Assembly (NCBI RefSeq): GCF_006345805.1
Contig: NC_043007.1
Span: 69,750,001 to 69,814,000 of the forward strand
Length of the DNA: 64,000 nucleotides
Direction of reading: 5' to 3'
Source: Octopus sinensis
Taxonomy: Eukaryota
Every line of letters starts with the position of its first letter. Positions within the stretch are counted from its first letter, which is position 1. Below are positions 51,101-64,000 of this stretch, piece after piece. The notes under the pieces are model-generated. The model was not told where the DNA came from and did not search any database. It was given only the letters and a program-made list of their open reading frames with translations. A program made the position numbers and the translations under genes.

Positions 51101-52600
51101 ATTCTTTAGTTCTCTATGCTTTTAACAACAATATTATTATTTTAGCAATAGATAAATAATTAAATAAACAAACAGCTTTTCAAATTTTAATTTCTACCCA
51201 GCCTTATGTTTTTGTTAACTTTCTGCGAAATATTTTTTGGGAATTCTAATGTTAAAAGCACGGGGGGGGGGGGGGGGAATTATATTTCAATTTGTTAATG
51301 CTGATTGCTTATAATTTCTCGCTTTCATTAAGTGATCATAAAATAATAGAACAAACACTACATCCTGTCTCTCAGTAATCTCTGGGGATTACTTCTAGCT
51401 TCAAATCACAGAATACTAAGCCAAAAAATTACAAAAAGATGCATGTTGATATTTGACCTTAGGTCAACCACGCCATCTGTCAAAACTTTGGTTCCACCAA
51501 CTTATAAATAAAAGAGTGTTTGCACACAATAATATTTAAAGTTGAAACATTAGTTTTCATGTGATTAACATGTAGGTGATTTTCCCCATTAATACATGGA
51601 TTATGACTAATTGTTAATCTTATGCCTAAGTCTAAGACCCAAAGGGTGATCCTTTTACTTCAAAAGATAGTGTGACACAAGAGTTATAATGTTCAAACAT
51701 TTCTGAAAGCTATCAATGAGATAAATGAAGATTCTTCCCATTAGGTCACAGATTTAGAGCCCAGGAGTTTGGCTAAATCCCAAATGATCTGCTAGAAATA
51801 GCAGTCAAATCTCCCTTAAATCACACTCTATAAAAAGATATGGACATGTTGGATAAGGTTATCATAGATACAATAATTTGCAAGAAAAGAAAAAAAAACT
51901 GGACTATCCTGAGAGGAACATAACATTTTTGATGAAAAGTCTACTCCATTAAGTGAACCTATCAAATTTTTGTTTTGATTACTTTGAAATTCTGATTAAA
52001 GTGCTTTCATCCAATTTTATTTTCATTAAGATGTATTTATTCAACTTGGCAGTCCACTTCAAATGCCTCAGTTGAGCTGCTTGGACTTTTTCCAGACCCA
52101 CCCCACACTCTCTACATTAATAAGTTTCCAAATGTTTTGTTTATCAGAAACATCCAGCAAATAATATTCCAGCATCTTTCCTATCACCCTAAATGATAAA
52201 TACTCTCTAGGATGGGTCAATTCCATAAACTCCTTGAGGTACCACTGAAAACCATATCTTGAAGAAGTTATTCAAGACAGTAAATATACTTTGCCTACTC
52301 CTGGCCAACAAAGGGGTTTAAGTTAAGTACTAACAGCTAATAAAATACACGTCAACTCAGCGGTTACAGTGAATTTTGCCAGTAAAAGTTGAATGTCTTA
52401 ACTATGAACATAAATCAGAAACAATGATAGAATATCAATTTAACTTCTTTGGTGGTGGTCACAAACTACCTACACTCTTAGACAACAACTACTAAGTATG
52501 CATATTTTTTCAATCCTTGAGGAACGAAAGCTTAGTTCAGAATTCTGGTGAAATTCAAAGACCAGAAAGAATAAAATTAAATACAGGTATTTCACCTGAG

Positions 52601-52832
52601 AAGGCGACGAGCTGGCAGAAACGTTAGCACGCTGGGCGAAATGCTTAGCAGTATTTCGTCTGCCACTATGTTCTGAGTTCAAATTCCACCAAGGTCGACT
52701 TTACCTTTCATCCTTTCGGGGTCGATAAATTAAGTACCAGTTACGCACTGGGGTCGATGTAATCGACTTAATACCTATGTCTGTCCTTGTTTGTCCCCTC
52801 TATGTTTAGCCCCTTGTGGGTAACAAAGAAAT
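52601..52832 (+). mobile_element. SINE family A, full length, about 14-16-bp TSD
   Basis: aggtatttcacctg and aggtatctcacctg flank the element. Confidence 0.9.
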
Positions 52833-54158
52833 AGGTATCTCACCTGGGGCCCTTGTGTTAAACAGAAAAGTCTAGATCCTTATTTTGGTGTTGGATGCAC
52901 CCACCTCAAGATGACTTCACCACTATATCATTTCTAGCTGCTCCTATTGTCCAGTAGGTGAGATACCACTCCCCACCCATCCTTATCATATTCTCTCCAG
53001 GTATTATTTCCTTTCCATGACTCCCCACCGCCATTAGAATGGTCTTCTCTTACCTTCTGCCACCCTTTCACAACCATGTCTATTCCTCTCATTCGGTCAT
53101 ACACTTTCACTTTAGCTCAGCTGATGCCATCAGCCTCCCTTCTACTCTACTCCACCCAACTCCCAGAGTTGTGAGGGCTCTCTAGTTTTGTGAGTTAGTA
53201 GGCAATCTCTCCAATGTCAATACCACAATAAAATGCACCAGGTACACACTGTAACGTAACTGGCATCAGGAAGGGCATTCTGCTGTAAAATCCTTACCAA
53301 AATGACACACACACACGTATATACATGTATACACATCGGTATATGTATGTGTGTGTGTGTATTCACTGCTTGACAACTGAGACACGCTTGTTTAGCCATT
53401 TAGAGGGGAAAATACAAGGATAAGTACCAGACTCAAAATATGTACTGTGTTGATTTACATATCTCAACATAACAGTGCTCCAGCATGGCCACAGACCAAT
53501 AGTTGAAAGAGTAAATATATAATTTTACATTACATTATGTATCTTAACGAACACAGAGTTATGTGTGTGCTATGTCAAGTTTTCTGCTCTGACAATGCAG
53601 TAACTGAATAGACATGAAATGCTGAAGCATCTTATGCATAATTCCCATGGTCATTTAATGATATCTACCACTCATTGAACAGAGCTTTTCTGCTAGCCCT
53701 AATAAGCAAAAAGTATACCATATATATATACACACATATATATACATACATATAGTAAGTTAGGGGTTGTGGATCCAACCCACTAAGGGATAATACTTAT
53801 CCAATGTACTGTTGGTATAATACACAAGTGTTTTTAATTGTAAAGCTTACTTATTGTATTAAATGGGTGAAGGTAATTTAATTGCAAAACTTACTTATTG
53901 TATTAAATGGGTGAAGGTAAAGAAATATTTTACCATTGATTTATAATACAAATAAGAAAATGGAGAAACAATTTAGCTGGTTTATCAGCTTTAGGATATT
54001 ACAATGTTGACTTATTTATCTAACCAAACGAGAACTGTAATAACATACATATATACATTAAAATTCACTACATATAAGACACGAATACAATTATAAAAAC
54101 CTTAATAGAAATTATTGGAATCATTAAAATCACTCTTACAGCTGTTTCAGCCTATGGA

Positions 54159-54189
<31 letters not shown>

Positions 54190-54542
54190 CTCTTTTACAT
54201 GTTTCAGTTATTCGACTGTGGCCATGCTGGAGCACCGCCTTTAGTTGAGCAAATCGACCCCGGGACTTATTCTATCGGTCTCTTTTGCGGAACTGCTAAG
54301 TGACGGGGACGTAAACACACCAGTATCGGTTGTCAAGCAATGCTAGGGGGACAAACACAGACACACATACATATACATATATACAACGGGCTTCTTTCAG
54401 TTTCCGTCTACCAAATCCACTCACAAGGCATTGGCCCGGGGCTATAGCAGAAGACACTTGCCCAAGATGCCACGCAGTGGGATTGAACCCGGAAGCATGT
54501 GGTTGGTTAGCAAGCTACTTACCACAAAGCCACTCCTGCGCC

Positions 54543-54543
<1 letters not shown>
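54190..54543 (-). mobile_element. SINE family C, near full length
   Basis: tRNA-like head (ggagtggctttgtggtaag...gggttcaatcccact), internal microsatellite, tail ...gaaacatgtaaaaga. Confidence 0.88.
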
Positions 54544-54638
<95 letters not shown>

Positions 54639-55014
54639 TCACATACACTTCAACTGCCTTTATGTACATGAGGTACCTTAGATAAATCTAGAAGCAATAA
54701 GTTCATTTACATAGAAAAATATGATGACGATGGTGTTATATTTAGTGAAAGGTGAAGCTCCAAAAAAATTAAGTGCCAATCAATATGACAGTGTGGGTGG
54801 GGAGAAATAACCCTACCCCTTCCCTGAACAGTCATGTTAGGCAGCGAGTGAAATGTTTTGGTTTGTGAACCTTTTTTCATTCTTTTTTTTATTTTTAGAT
54901 GCAGTCAAACGTCTCAAGGTCATGAGTGTAATATATTTCTCAAGCAATTGTATGAAGTGTTTTCCAGTTACAGAGAAGCTTAGTATTTGGATGGCAGTTT
55001 TATCTTTTGTTTCA

Positions 55015-55213
55015 TCATTAGACTGCAGCCATACTGGGGCACTGCCTTGAAGAATTTTTAGTTGAATGAATTGACCCCAATACTTTTTTCTTTAAAGCCT
55101 GGTTTCTTATTCTATCAATCCTTTTTGCCAAACTGCTAAGTTACAGGGATGTAAACACAACATCAGTTGTCAAGCCAAAGTAGGGGACAAAACAGACACA
55201 CACATGTAGACAT

Positions 55214-55245
<32 letters not shown>

Positions 55246-55372
55246 CATACATACATACACACACAGGCTTCTTTCAGTTTCTGTCTACCAAAGCCATGCA
55301 AGGCCCAAGGTACCAGGTACTGGGACTGAACCCAGAACCATGAGGTTGAGAAGCAAGCTTCTTGCCACACAG
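55015..55372 (-). mobile_element. SINE family C, older copy
   Basis: Similar to 54190-54543. Confidence 0.8.
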
Positions 55373-55634
55373 CAGGCAATATTATTATCACATATCATAA
55401 GGTCACTATGAGTTCAACAGATGTGGAGCTTAGTATCTGTAGCGACTGCTTAATTGTATTGTTCGGGTTTAGAGATATGTGATACAGGACCATTTTCTTT
55501 ATTTGTGATACAAACCATGTCTTGGTATTATTGAAGGAGACTGTATTATCATGACTCAGTTGAGGCATGCCTCTGAGGTCTTTAGAGGAAGCAACAGATC
55601 TGGCATTGAATATTTAGTTGGCACATGTGTGTGT

Positions 55635-55684
<50 letters not shown>

Positions 55685-55880
55685 GTCGCCATGATAGATC
55701 GTTAGCCACTACACACATTTTTATTCTCTCCTTGTTTTTTCTGTGTCCCTTTCTGTAGAAGAGTGTAGGCTCGAAACGTAAAAGACTTTTTCTATTCCTG
55801 AGTGTTATACTAATACATCTGTTTGTTTTGTACACCACCTGTCTTCGTCTTTTGTTTTTTTCGTAACATCTCCCTATATA
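55685..55880. mobile_element. Short repeat resembling a Penelope-type terminal repeat, between microsatellites
   Basis: ctgtagaagagtgtaggctcgaaacgtaaaagac: a GAAGAG...CTCGAAACG motif typical of PLE terminal repeats (recalled, not verified). Confidence 0.4.
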
Positions 55881-57659
55881 TATATATATATACACATATG
55901 GTATACTTTTTGCTTATTAGGGCCTAGCAAAAAAGCTCTCACTTCAATGAGTGGTAGATATCATGCCTGGGCACTTAAAATTTAGAAGTAAAATGTCTTA
56001 TTGGCCTAAATGCATGTTTATGATAGCCTTGGTCCTTTGAGATAGTTTTCAAGCAAAATGAAGACAACAACAAGTGAACACACTAAATAACAGTTTTATG
56101 CATTTTTTCATATTTCATCTAAAATTTGTCAATTTTTCAGTTCAGAGTCCATTGCAACCAGAAAGCATATACTTGCAATATTTAACTGAGCTAACAACAG
56201 GAACCACACTCATTTCATGGTAAAGTGATTAGCATTTTAGAGTTCAGCCAGCTATAAAAACAAATATACCAACAGTTGAGGGTGAGGTAAAAATTGTACA
56301 TTATGAAGAAAGTAAGAATATTTGGCATCTCTCTTCTCTGGTGAGTGATACATAAGAAAAATATAAACTCACACTGACAGAATATACCAAAAATAAAGTG
56401 ACACTTAACAGATGGTAGCTATTTTGGTCGATACAATTTAAAAAAAAAAGAGAAACGATAACTCAGACACTAATTCCTGAACATCTCTATTAGGAGCTTG
56501 ACCTATTTGATTATAATAATATGAAGACAGGCTAGATAAACAGATGCAGTGAACAGACCAAGTCAGGACACACAACCAGAGAATACAAAGACGTGAGCAA
56601 AGCCAACACAGAAAGATCATCTACTGACCAAGATAGTTTGCTCAGAGAGAGAACGCATTGGCATGGGAGCTGAATACATGCTACTTGTCTCTAAATTATA
56701 AAATATAATTTTTATTTTTATTGTAAAATTATTTCCAAAGTTAATTTGCCTTACCCACAACAATAATTTTCCACACCATTCTTAAGAGTGACAAAAATTC
56801 AAATGAATTTCTTTCATTATAGTAACATTTATGTTAAGAGCTAACCTGGTTAATTGGAGTCTCAGGATAATGCTTCCTGTAACACCTAAAAAAATTTGCC
56901 ACACAACACAACCCAGTGTACAGACCAAACAGCTTTTTATTCTTATCAGGTCACAGCCTTTATTGATAAGACACTGCCAATGCAGTGAGGTCATTGGTTC
57001 TGCAAGATTTCTCCTGTCAGTCCTACAATGAATAGACCCATTGCACTTTTACAGTAGTCTCTAGAAAGGGTATCTTGTAATAACATTTCAACCATATGAA
57101 ATAAGTAGAACACAGATGTTACTAATGATGTTCAGAGAAAAACATTACTGTTCAGTTAGAGCAGTGATTAGAAATACAACTTACGGTATTTCTTTCCTTT
57201 TGCTAGTTTGAAGAATATTCAGGTGATTGTGACAAGTCTTTCACAGAGAGACAAGATAATTGCACTCGATATAAGAGAAGGCGTAAAATATGTCTAAGAC
57301 ATTTTTTGGCTTGTGTGTATAGGGGAAGCACTAAGTCAAAATATCCTTGACATTTGAAAATATTAATGATATTCTCATCAGCTGACTGCTTGTCATTGTA
57401 GTGAATCTGATAACCTAGCTATCAAAAAACCTATATCCTGGCAAATCATATTTTGTGTTTCTAAAAGAATCTGAACGGCATGCTAACACAGTTATTCATT
57501 AGTTAAATACTAATTCCTACTGCTTAGAGTATTCAGTCATTCTTATAGCCACACCTAGTTTCCAACTGCTTAGAACAGTGGTTCTCAGCCATTTTTTTTT
57601 TCACCTATGGATTCCTTTGATTCCTATTTTACTCAGGTGGATCCTTATAGCCATTCAAA

Positions 57660-58036
57660 TTCTTTTTTACTTGTTTCAGTCATGTGACTGTGGCCATGTT
57701 GGAGCACTGCCATTAGTCGAGCAAATTGACCCCAGGACTTATTCTATCGGTCACTTTTGCCAAACCGCTAAGTTACGGGGACGTAAACACACCACCATCG
57801 GTTGTCAGGTGATGTTGGTGGGGCAAACACAGACACACAAACATATAGACACACATACATACATATATATATACATTTATACGATGGGCTTCTTTCAGTT
57901 TCTGTCTACCAAATCCACTTTGGTTGGCCCGAGGCTATAGTAGAAGACACCTGCCCAAAGTGCAACGAAGTGGGACTGAACCCGGAACCATGTGGTTTGT
58001 AAGCAAGTTACTTACCACACAGCCACTCCCATGCCT
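57660..58036 (-). mobile_element. SINE family C
   Basis: Similar to 54190-54543. Confidence 0.85.
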
Positions 58037-58649
58037 AAATGTTTAAAAAATCCTATTATATTCTTATAATTAAATATTATTAGGAATTGTATTAAAAGAA
58101 ATTAAAATATTTCATGTATTGGAGAACTATAACCAATTTATTGCACATAAATTTTAACAGTAAAATCTTAAATGGAGCCCCAAGGTTCATATGGACCCTG
58201 GTTGTGAACCACTAGCTTGAAGTATTGAGAAGTTCTTATAGCTACAGTCTGAGAGACTGGGTGTCTTTGCTATAGGTACAGTTCTACCAAAGGTCCAAAC
58301 ATTAGTCTCAATCAAATACTTTTTTATTTTGCTTTGAAAGCAGACAAGAAACTAATGTGGATGGGTGCAGAACAACGTCTGAGTTGTAATTCTAGTCTAG
58401 AAACCAATTATAATACAAATTATTAATTAAAATAAAGACTTTATTCAAGTTAGAGAAACATCATTGATTTGATGTCTGAATTTTATAAAAATAAATTCAG
58501 CATCTTTAATTACTAAAAAGCTAAATGGTTTTCCCCCTGCAATTATGAACACAACTGCTTTTACTTTCTGGTACTGAATTACTCTCTGCAATTACTAGAA
58601 CACATTCAACATTTCATATTTGCCAACTACATAATGCCAACATCTACAT

Positions 58650-58862
58650 AAGCTGGCAGAATCGTTAGCACGGTGGGCAAAATGCTTAGTGGTATTTATG
58701 CTGCTGTTACGTTCTGTGTTCAAATTTAGCCGAGATCAACTTTGCCTTTCATCCTTTCGGGATCGATTAAATAAATACCAGTTAGGCACTGGGGTCAATG
58801 TAATCGACAATCCCTTTGTCTATCCCCTCTATGTTTAGCCTCCTGTGGGCAATAAAGAAATA
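58650..58862 (+). mobile_element. SINE family A
   Basis: Family A head and core; imperfect aacatct.cat flanks. Confidence 0.85.
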
Positions 58863-59557
58863 AACATCTGCATCATTCTTGAAGTATTTCTAAAAGGACA
58901 TCTTGGAACCAAATTAGTTTGTGACAATTTATTTTAAGAGATTTTAATTTTGAAATAAAATAAAATGGAGATTACAATTAATGAGAATAAGAGTATACAT
59001 TCAACAGATGGAAAACCACAATTTTAAGACAAAACTAAATATTCTTATATACAAATTTAATTATCATTTTACATCTGCTTTCCATGCTGGTATGGATTGG
59101 TCAAGTCAGTTCTCATTCAAAGTTACTGTCCAAGGTAAGCCAGAGGACAATATATCACTTGTATGTTTATTTTTGGCATAGCATCCATGACTGAATGCCT
59201 TCACCCAAATACTTTACTGAGTGTGCTAAGAGCATCTTTTCATAGCACCAGCACAAGTGAGGTTACCTTATATTCAACAAGAAAAAAATGTCCTCACTAT
59301 TCAATGTCTGCATTCATTTAGAGAGCAACATGACTAATAAAATTAATAAGTGAGAGCAAATTCAGTAGAGAGAGAGTATGATGGAGGAAACAAACTGATT
59401 GGAGTGACTGTGAGAAAGGGAAGAGAGGAGTGAGATAGACAGTGGCAGAAGGAGTAGTGGCAAAATGTAATGTGAGTGAGACTAATTGAAGTTACATATT
59501 TGCTGGTAAGAGAAAAAACAGTACTATCAAAGAAATGATCCATGATAGGAAAGCGTA

Positions 59558-59975
59558 TCATCATCATCATTTAACATCTGCTTTCCATGCTGGCTGCACC
59601 AGGCTCCAATCTTGATCTGGCAGAGTTTCTACAGCTGGATGCCCTTCCTAATGCCAACCACTCCGAGAGTGTAGTGGGTGCTTTTACATGCCACCGGCAC
59701 GAGGGCCAGTCAGGTGGTACTGGCAATGGCCATGCTCAAATGGTGTTTTTTACGTGCCACCTGCACAGGAGCCAGTCCAGCAGCACTAGCAACAACCTCG
59801 CTCGAATGTTTTTTCACGTGCCACTGGAACAAGTGCCAGTAAGGCAATGCTGGTAACAATCACGCTCGAATGGTGCTTTTTACATTCCACCAGCACAGAA
59901 GCCAGTTAGCTGCTCTGGCAACGATCACGCTTGGATGGTGCTCTTAGTGCTCCACTAGCACGGATGCCAGTCATC
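59558..59975 (-). mobile_element. Family-D SINE with five 65-bp units carrying the hairpin motif
   Basis: Motifs at about 59677, 59742, 59806, 59872 and 59937. Confidence 0.85.
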
Positions 59976-60429
59976 AAAAGCAAGTGGCTTCAGGGAGAGG
60001 TGGCTAGCAGAAAAAGGAGGGTAAAGTTGGCTAGTAAGAGAGAATATGTATGATGAATACTCAAGATTGTAATAAGACAGAAGTGGATGACTATTAAAGA
60101 GTAACCTGAGGGAGAGGAAAGGGTGTATCAGATAACAACAAGTCCAATATAATCCTTCATAAGTCAGACATCAATATGGTAGAGAGAGGAGAAAGATACA
60201 GATGATAGTATGGGGAAACTGTATGGACAGATCTAATGTTTTCCCACATTACATGGGCCACATGGTACAGTGAATGGGAGAGAGTATGATAGAGAGATGA
60301 GGTGGTTGGAATATGCAAGAGGGGCACCAAATGCTAACTTAGACAATACAAAGTCAAAGACATGCCTAGGTGCAGCATAACATTATACATTCTAGCTTCC
60401 ATCATTATTCTCGTTTTAACATATTTTAC

Positions 60430-61660
60430 CAAGCTTGCATGAGTGAGTAGGTCTTCAACATGCATCACCAATTATCCCTGTTCTGCCATTTCCTTTGTGA
60501 GCTGCAACCAAGCCCATACCAACACAGTTCTCTCCCTCCCACATATCTCGCTCCTATGTCCACATTTTCTGTTAGCTCTTTTGGACTTTATTGTTCATGC
60601 ACACTAACATTACACAACAAATTATACTTCGTTGTTTTTCTTGTCTTCATATTATTTAAGGCCTAGATCATGCTACCATATAGTGCTGCACTTCATACAC
60701 TAGTAAGCATTATGCAATTTGCCTTTCACTCTGAGGAAAGCCCCTTTCTTGTCAGCAGAGTTAATAGCTCCCTGAATTTTACCAACCTGTTTCTTACACT
60801 GGTTTCTATGCTTTCAGTTTGCCCACCTCAACAGCTAATTAGGTCGCTCACACAACAAAACTACTAGTTTCTTATAGGGAGCCTTCTGTATATTTGAGAG
60901 AATGTTTCCCCATGAGTTTTTAGTGCTTAATACATCTGTGCATTTGCCACATATGAAGTGTACCCACTATATTTCTTGTATATCCATAGTTTATACTGAG
61001 TATGCTGTCAGGAAATTTCATTGCTTTCTCAACCCATCAAGTAAGGCAAATTTCTGATGGTTGGAGGGTATTATCTCTCCCCTTTACTTAAAACATTAGT
61101 CATTGTTAAATTTTCTTTGGGGCTTCTATTCCAAAATCTGCTTCCATATCCAAAATTTCCCTTATTTGACTATATATTTAGCTACTAGAACTCAGTAATC
61201 AGTATATAGGAGTGTCCAAGGACAACTCCCATGTCACAGCTTGAAGGACTATAATGAACAAAGTGGTACTCAGAACTGTGACTCAGCTGGCACACTAAAC
61301 TTGCAGTATTTATTTCTATCACTTTGTTGCAACTTTGTATATAGGATGTTCATTCCTGGAAAGCCTTTCAGCTACACTTAGTTTCCTTAACAGCCTCCAC
61401 ATTACTGAGCATGGAATTTTGTCAAAGGCTTTCTCCAAGTCAACAAATGCTAAGTACATTATCTCACTCATAGCCGAGTGCTTTTTCTGCAGTTGTATCA
61501 CCAGGAAAAGGGTCATCAATAGGACTTATTTTTGGAACAAGGCTGAACTGCACCTTATCTCAACTTTCATAACCTGGCCAGTCTATTTGATACTTATGTA
61601 GTTTCTTCTCTCAAGAGCATTAATTTGTTAGAGAGTGATTTGCATAATCTTCATCACTTG
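60430..61660 (-). mobile_element. Decayed RTE LINE (RT to C-terminus), interrupted near 61240-61310
   Basis: FLVIQLQKKHSAMSEIMYLAFVDLEKAFDKIP; GSCPWTLLYTD; VKFRELLTLLTRKGLS. Confidence 0.8.
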
Positions 61661-63114
61661 TTTATTGTCCATATTTTTATTCAGTTATTTCCCTGCTTTC
61701 AGAGACCGGACTGTAGCCATCTGAGTCACTGCTTTTAAGGGATGAAGATAGAAGTGTTGGCATCATTGTATTGGAGTTATATTTCATATCTTTGAAATAT
61801 CTGAGAAATATTAAAGAAACTTACAGATATCCCTTGTTTAAAAAAACAATCCCTTAATTTAGAATACTTAACTTTAACATATTCCCATGTTTAATGCTTC
61901 ACTTGCTCCATACATCTCTCACTGAAATTACCCATTCAAGCTTTTGCTTTAAGTTTTCAACCTGAATTCATTCTAAAGTGAAAACAGCAAAATCATAATT
62001 ACTGATGCTACAGAGGTTGAATATTGTGGGCACAATCTCGAAGTGCAAACAAAAATTGATTTCTTCTTCTACCATTTCTAGTTTATGAATGAATTTCAGC
62101 ATGGTTTAATTGTATTTTGAATTAACACATCATAGCCTTGGCAAGTTAACTTGTTTATATATGAGAGAGGAATGAGCAGAACCTGAGAGTTGACACAATA
62201 CTGGAAGATAACCAATTTGAAGGAGGTTCTGAAGAGAAGTGCAAACTATTGAGAGAGATGTTTAAATGTTGAAAGAAATTTAGGTGAGTTTGTAAACCTT
62301 GAAATAAAACCAAATCAACAACATAGAAAATGTTGAAGACACTAGGCTTTTTTCAGGGATAAAAATAAACATAGAAAATTAACTTCATTTAGTCCAAATA
62401 TAAGTTCTCTTATTTGAAAGTATTGTAAATAGTTGATGTTGCCAACAAAAAGTTTAAATTTATTTTTTTTTGCATTGTTTAAAATCAGTGCCTTTATTTT
62501 TCCAGGGACTTCATAACTGGTGGGTGAAAGGAAGGACTCATCCTAAAACCTTAATCAGGATGTATGCAACAGAGTTAATTCTGTTAAAGGCACACACACA
62601 ACTCAGAGATGGTTTTGCTAAAGTAAATGAAGCATTAAGTCTACCTCCCAAAATTGAATGTGCTTATGGTACCTTGGTTTCTGATGTGGCCACCCATTTT
62701 AATAATAACTTAGATTCAATATTGTTTAAATTTGATTTTCTGATGAGAACTAGTGTTTTCACTGTGATAAGGCTAAAAAACAAAAACAGATTTAGATACT
62801 TTATAATTAAAAAAAAACTCAAGATTTAAACCCACTTCTTATTAGAATTCAAAATGGCTGAAATATAAGCTACTTTGAACTCAATTTTTAATATTTTTTA
62901 TACTTTAACTGTATCTCTGACATTAATAAGGTAGGACTGACAAACAAAAATTAAAGTAGATTTTATTTGATAACTTGACAGATAACATTGTCATATTGGG
63001 CATTACTAGTTTATAGCGTACATAATATATATATATATATAAATAAACTGTTCTTCTCTTCATTCACATGTAACGTCGTAAAAATAACTACCAAAACAAT
63101 AACAGAAAACTCAC

Positions 63115-63222
63115 CAACATCAGGACTGGTTGCATTAACAACAGGTAAGTCACTACAACCCACTTCTGCATCAGTTAAAACCTCATTTCTTGGTAAATCC
63201 ATTTCCACCTCTTCACCAGTAG
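63115..63222 (-). CDS. EML: EML/EMAP-like gene, upstream acidic exon (108 nt, phase 1-1): (A)TGEEVEMDLPRNEVLTDAEVGCSDLPVVNATSPDV(D)
   Basis: Acceptor ttttattttgcag|CT and donor TTG|gtgagt. The open frame ends in phase 1 and joins exon 23724 as ...SPDV-D-GLLDQ. Assignment to the EML gene is by phase and strand only. Confidence 0.7.
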
Positions 63223-64000
63223 CTGCAAAATAAAATGCAGAGTATGACCAATATTGAAAAATAGATAAAACAAAAAACACTGACAGAAACAAGACCCTTT
63301 CGTTATGTTTAACCCTATAATTTACTGTTCAGACTTGTCAGCTTTACATAATGACCATGAAACAACCGGATAAGGATGGGACAGGTCATTGAGACACCAG
63401 TGGATGTGTCATCATTATGTAGTCTATGTAGAGCAAGTCAGGTTAGAACCCAAAATTTGAAGGAACTGAATTGATTCTTCCCAACAGTCACCAGAGGAGA
63501 ATGTGTTGAGTCAAGTTCTTTCCATGAAATCAAAGAAATCAACTTGCCCCATTCTTTCCAAAACAATACTCAAAAGAGAATTTGAACTCAGCACTTAAAA
63601 TTCTGCATCACTGTAACAACATTTTTTTCATTTATTCACTGTTTTTGTCTTTGGTCGGTAAGTGTTATTTCCTATTTGCTTCTATCAAGAAATCAAAGGA
63701 AATGACAATTCCCTTCAAACTTCATTTTTGCCACCTGGACATCAATGTTTTCAAACTGACCTATTTTCCATTACATTTCAGACAGATTCAGTACTGAGCA
63801 GCTGAAGCAGAAATATCATTATAGCAAATATTCTGCTCAATACCACAGGTTTGTTTGTCAGTAGCTTGATCATAACCACTTGAGCATGTCCCTTAGTGGC
63901 TGACAATATGTGCATCACTGATCATCGACAAGCGGGAGGAAAAGCATAGCCATGTGTTGAGAGGGATTCTTCGGAGTTTGAATAAATGTAAGAAAAACAG

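Noticed and set aside
53833-53920. 44-bp tandem duplication containing cttacttattgtattaaatgggtgaaggtaa
   Set aside because: Simple local duplication with no evident function.

Overview
Eukaryotic, AT-rich, CpG-depleted and repeat-dense genomic DNA, most likely Octopus (cephalopod). The species call rests on recalled octopus SINE/RTE repeat families and the very high microsatellite load, not on a database search. The whole window appears to lie inside one large minus-strand gene of the EML/EMAP (echinoderm microtubule-associated protein-like) family. I can assemble five in-phase exons with canonical GT-AG boundaries: 63222-63115, 23724-23572 (N-terminal trimerisation coiled coil), 17312-17078 (basic Ser/Pro-rich linker), and two symmetric phase-2 microexons at 6982-6938 and 5760-5722. 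The HELP/WD40 exons must lie beyond position 1 and further 5' exons beyond 64000. The 39-kb intron upstream of the coiled-coil exon holds several candidate alternative first exons that are phase-compatible with it, plus a CpG-undepleted promoter-like island. The introns are filled with decayed RTE LINEs, at least five tRNA-derived or RTE-tailed SINE families (several with clear TSDs), a near-complete DD36E Tc1-type transposon, mariner fragments and a MITE, piggyBac-type MITEs, a hAT transposase relic, and a Penelope-like GIY-YIG fragment whose terminal region has a tRNA-like head and a decayed hammerhead-like motif. Most ORFs in the supplied track are artefacts of repeats. No prokaryotic features, true CRISPR arrays or rRNA genes are supported.
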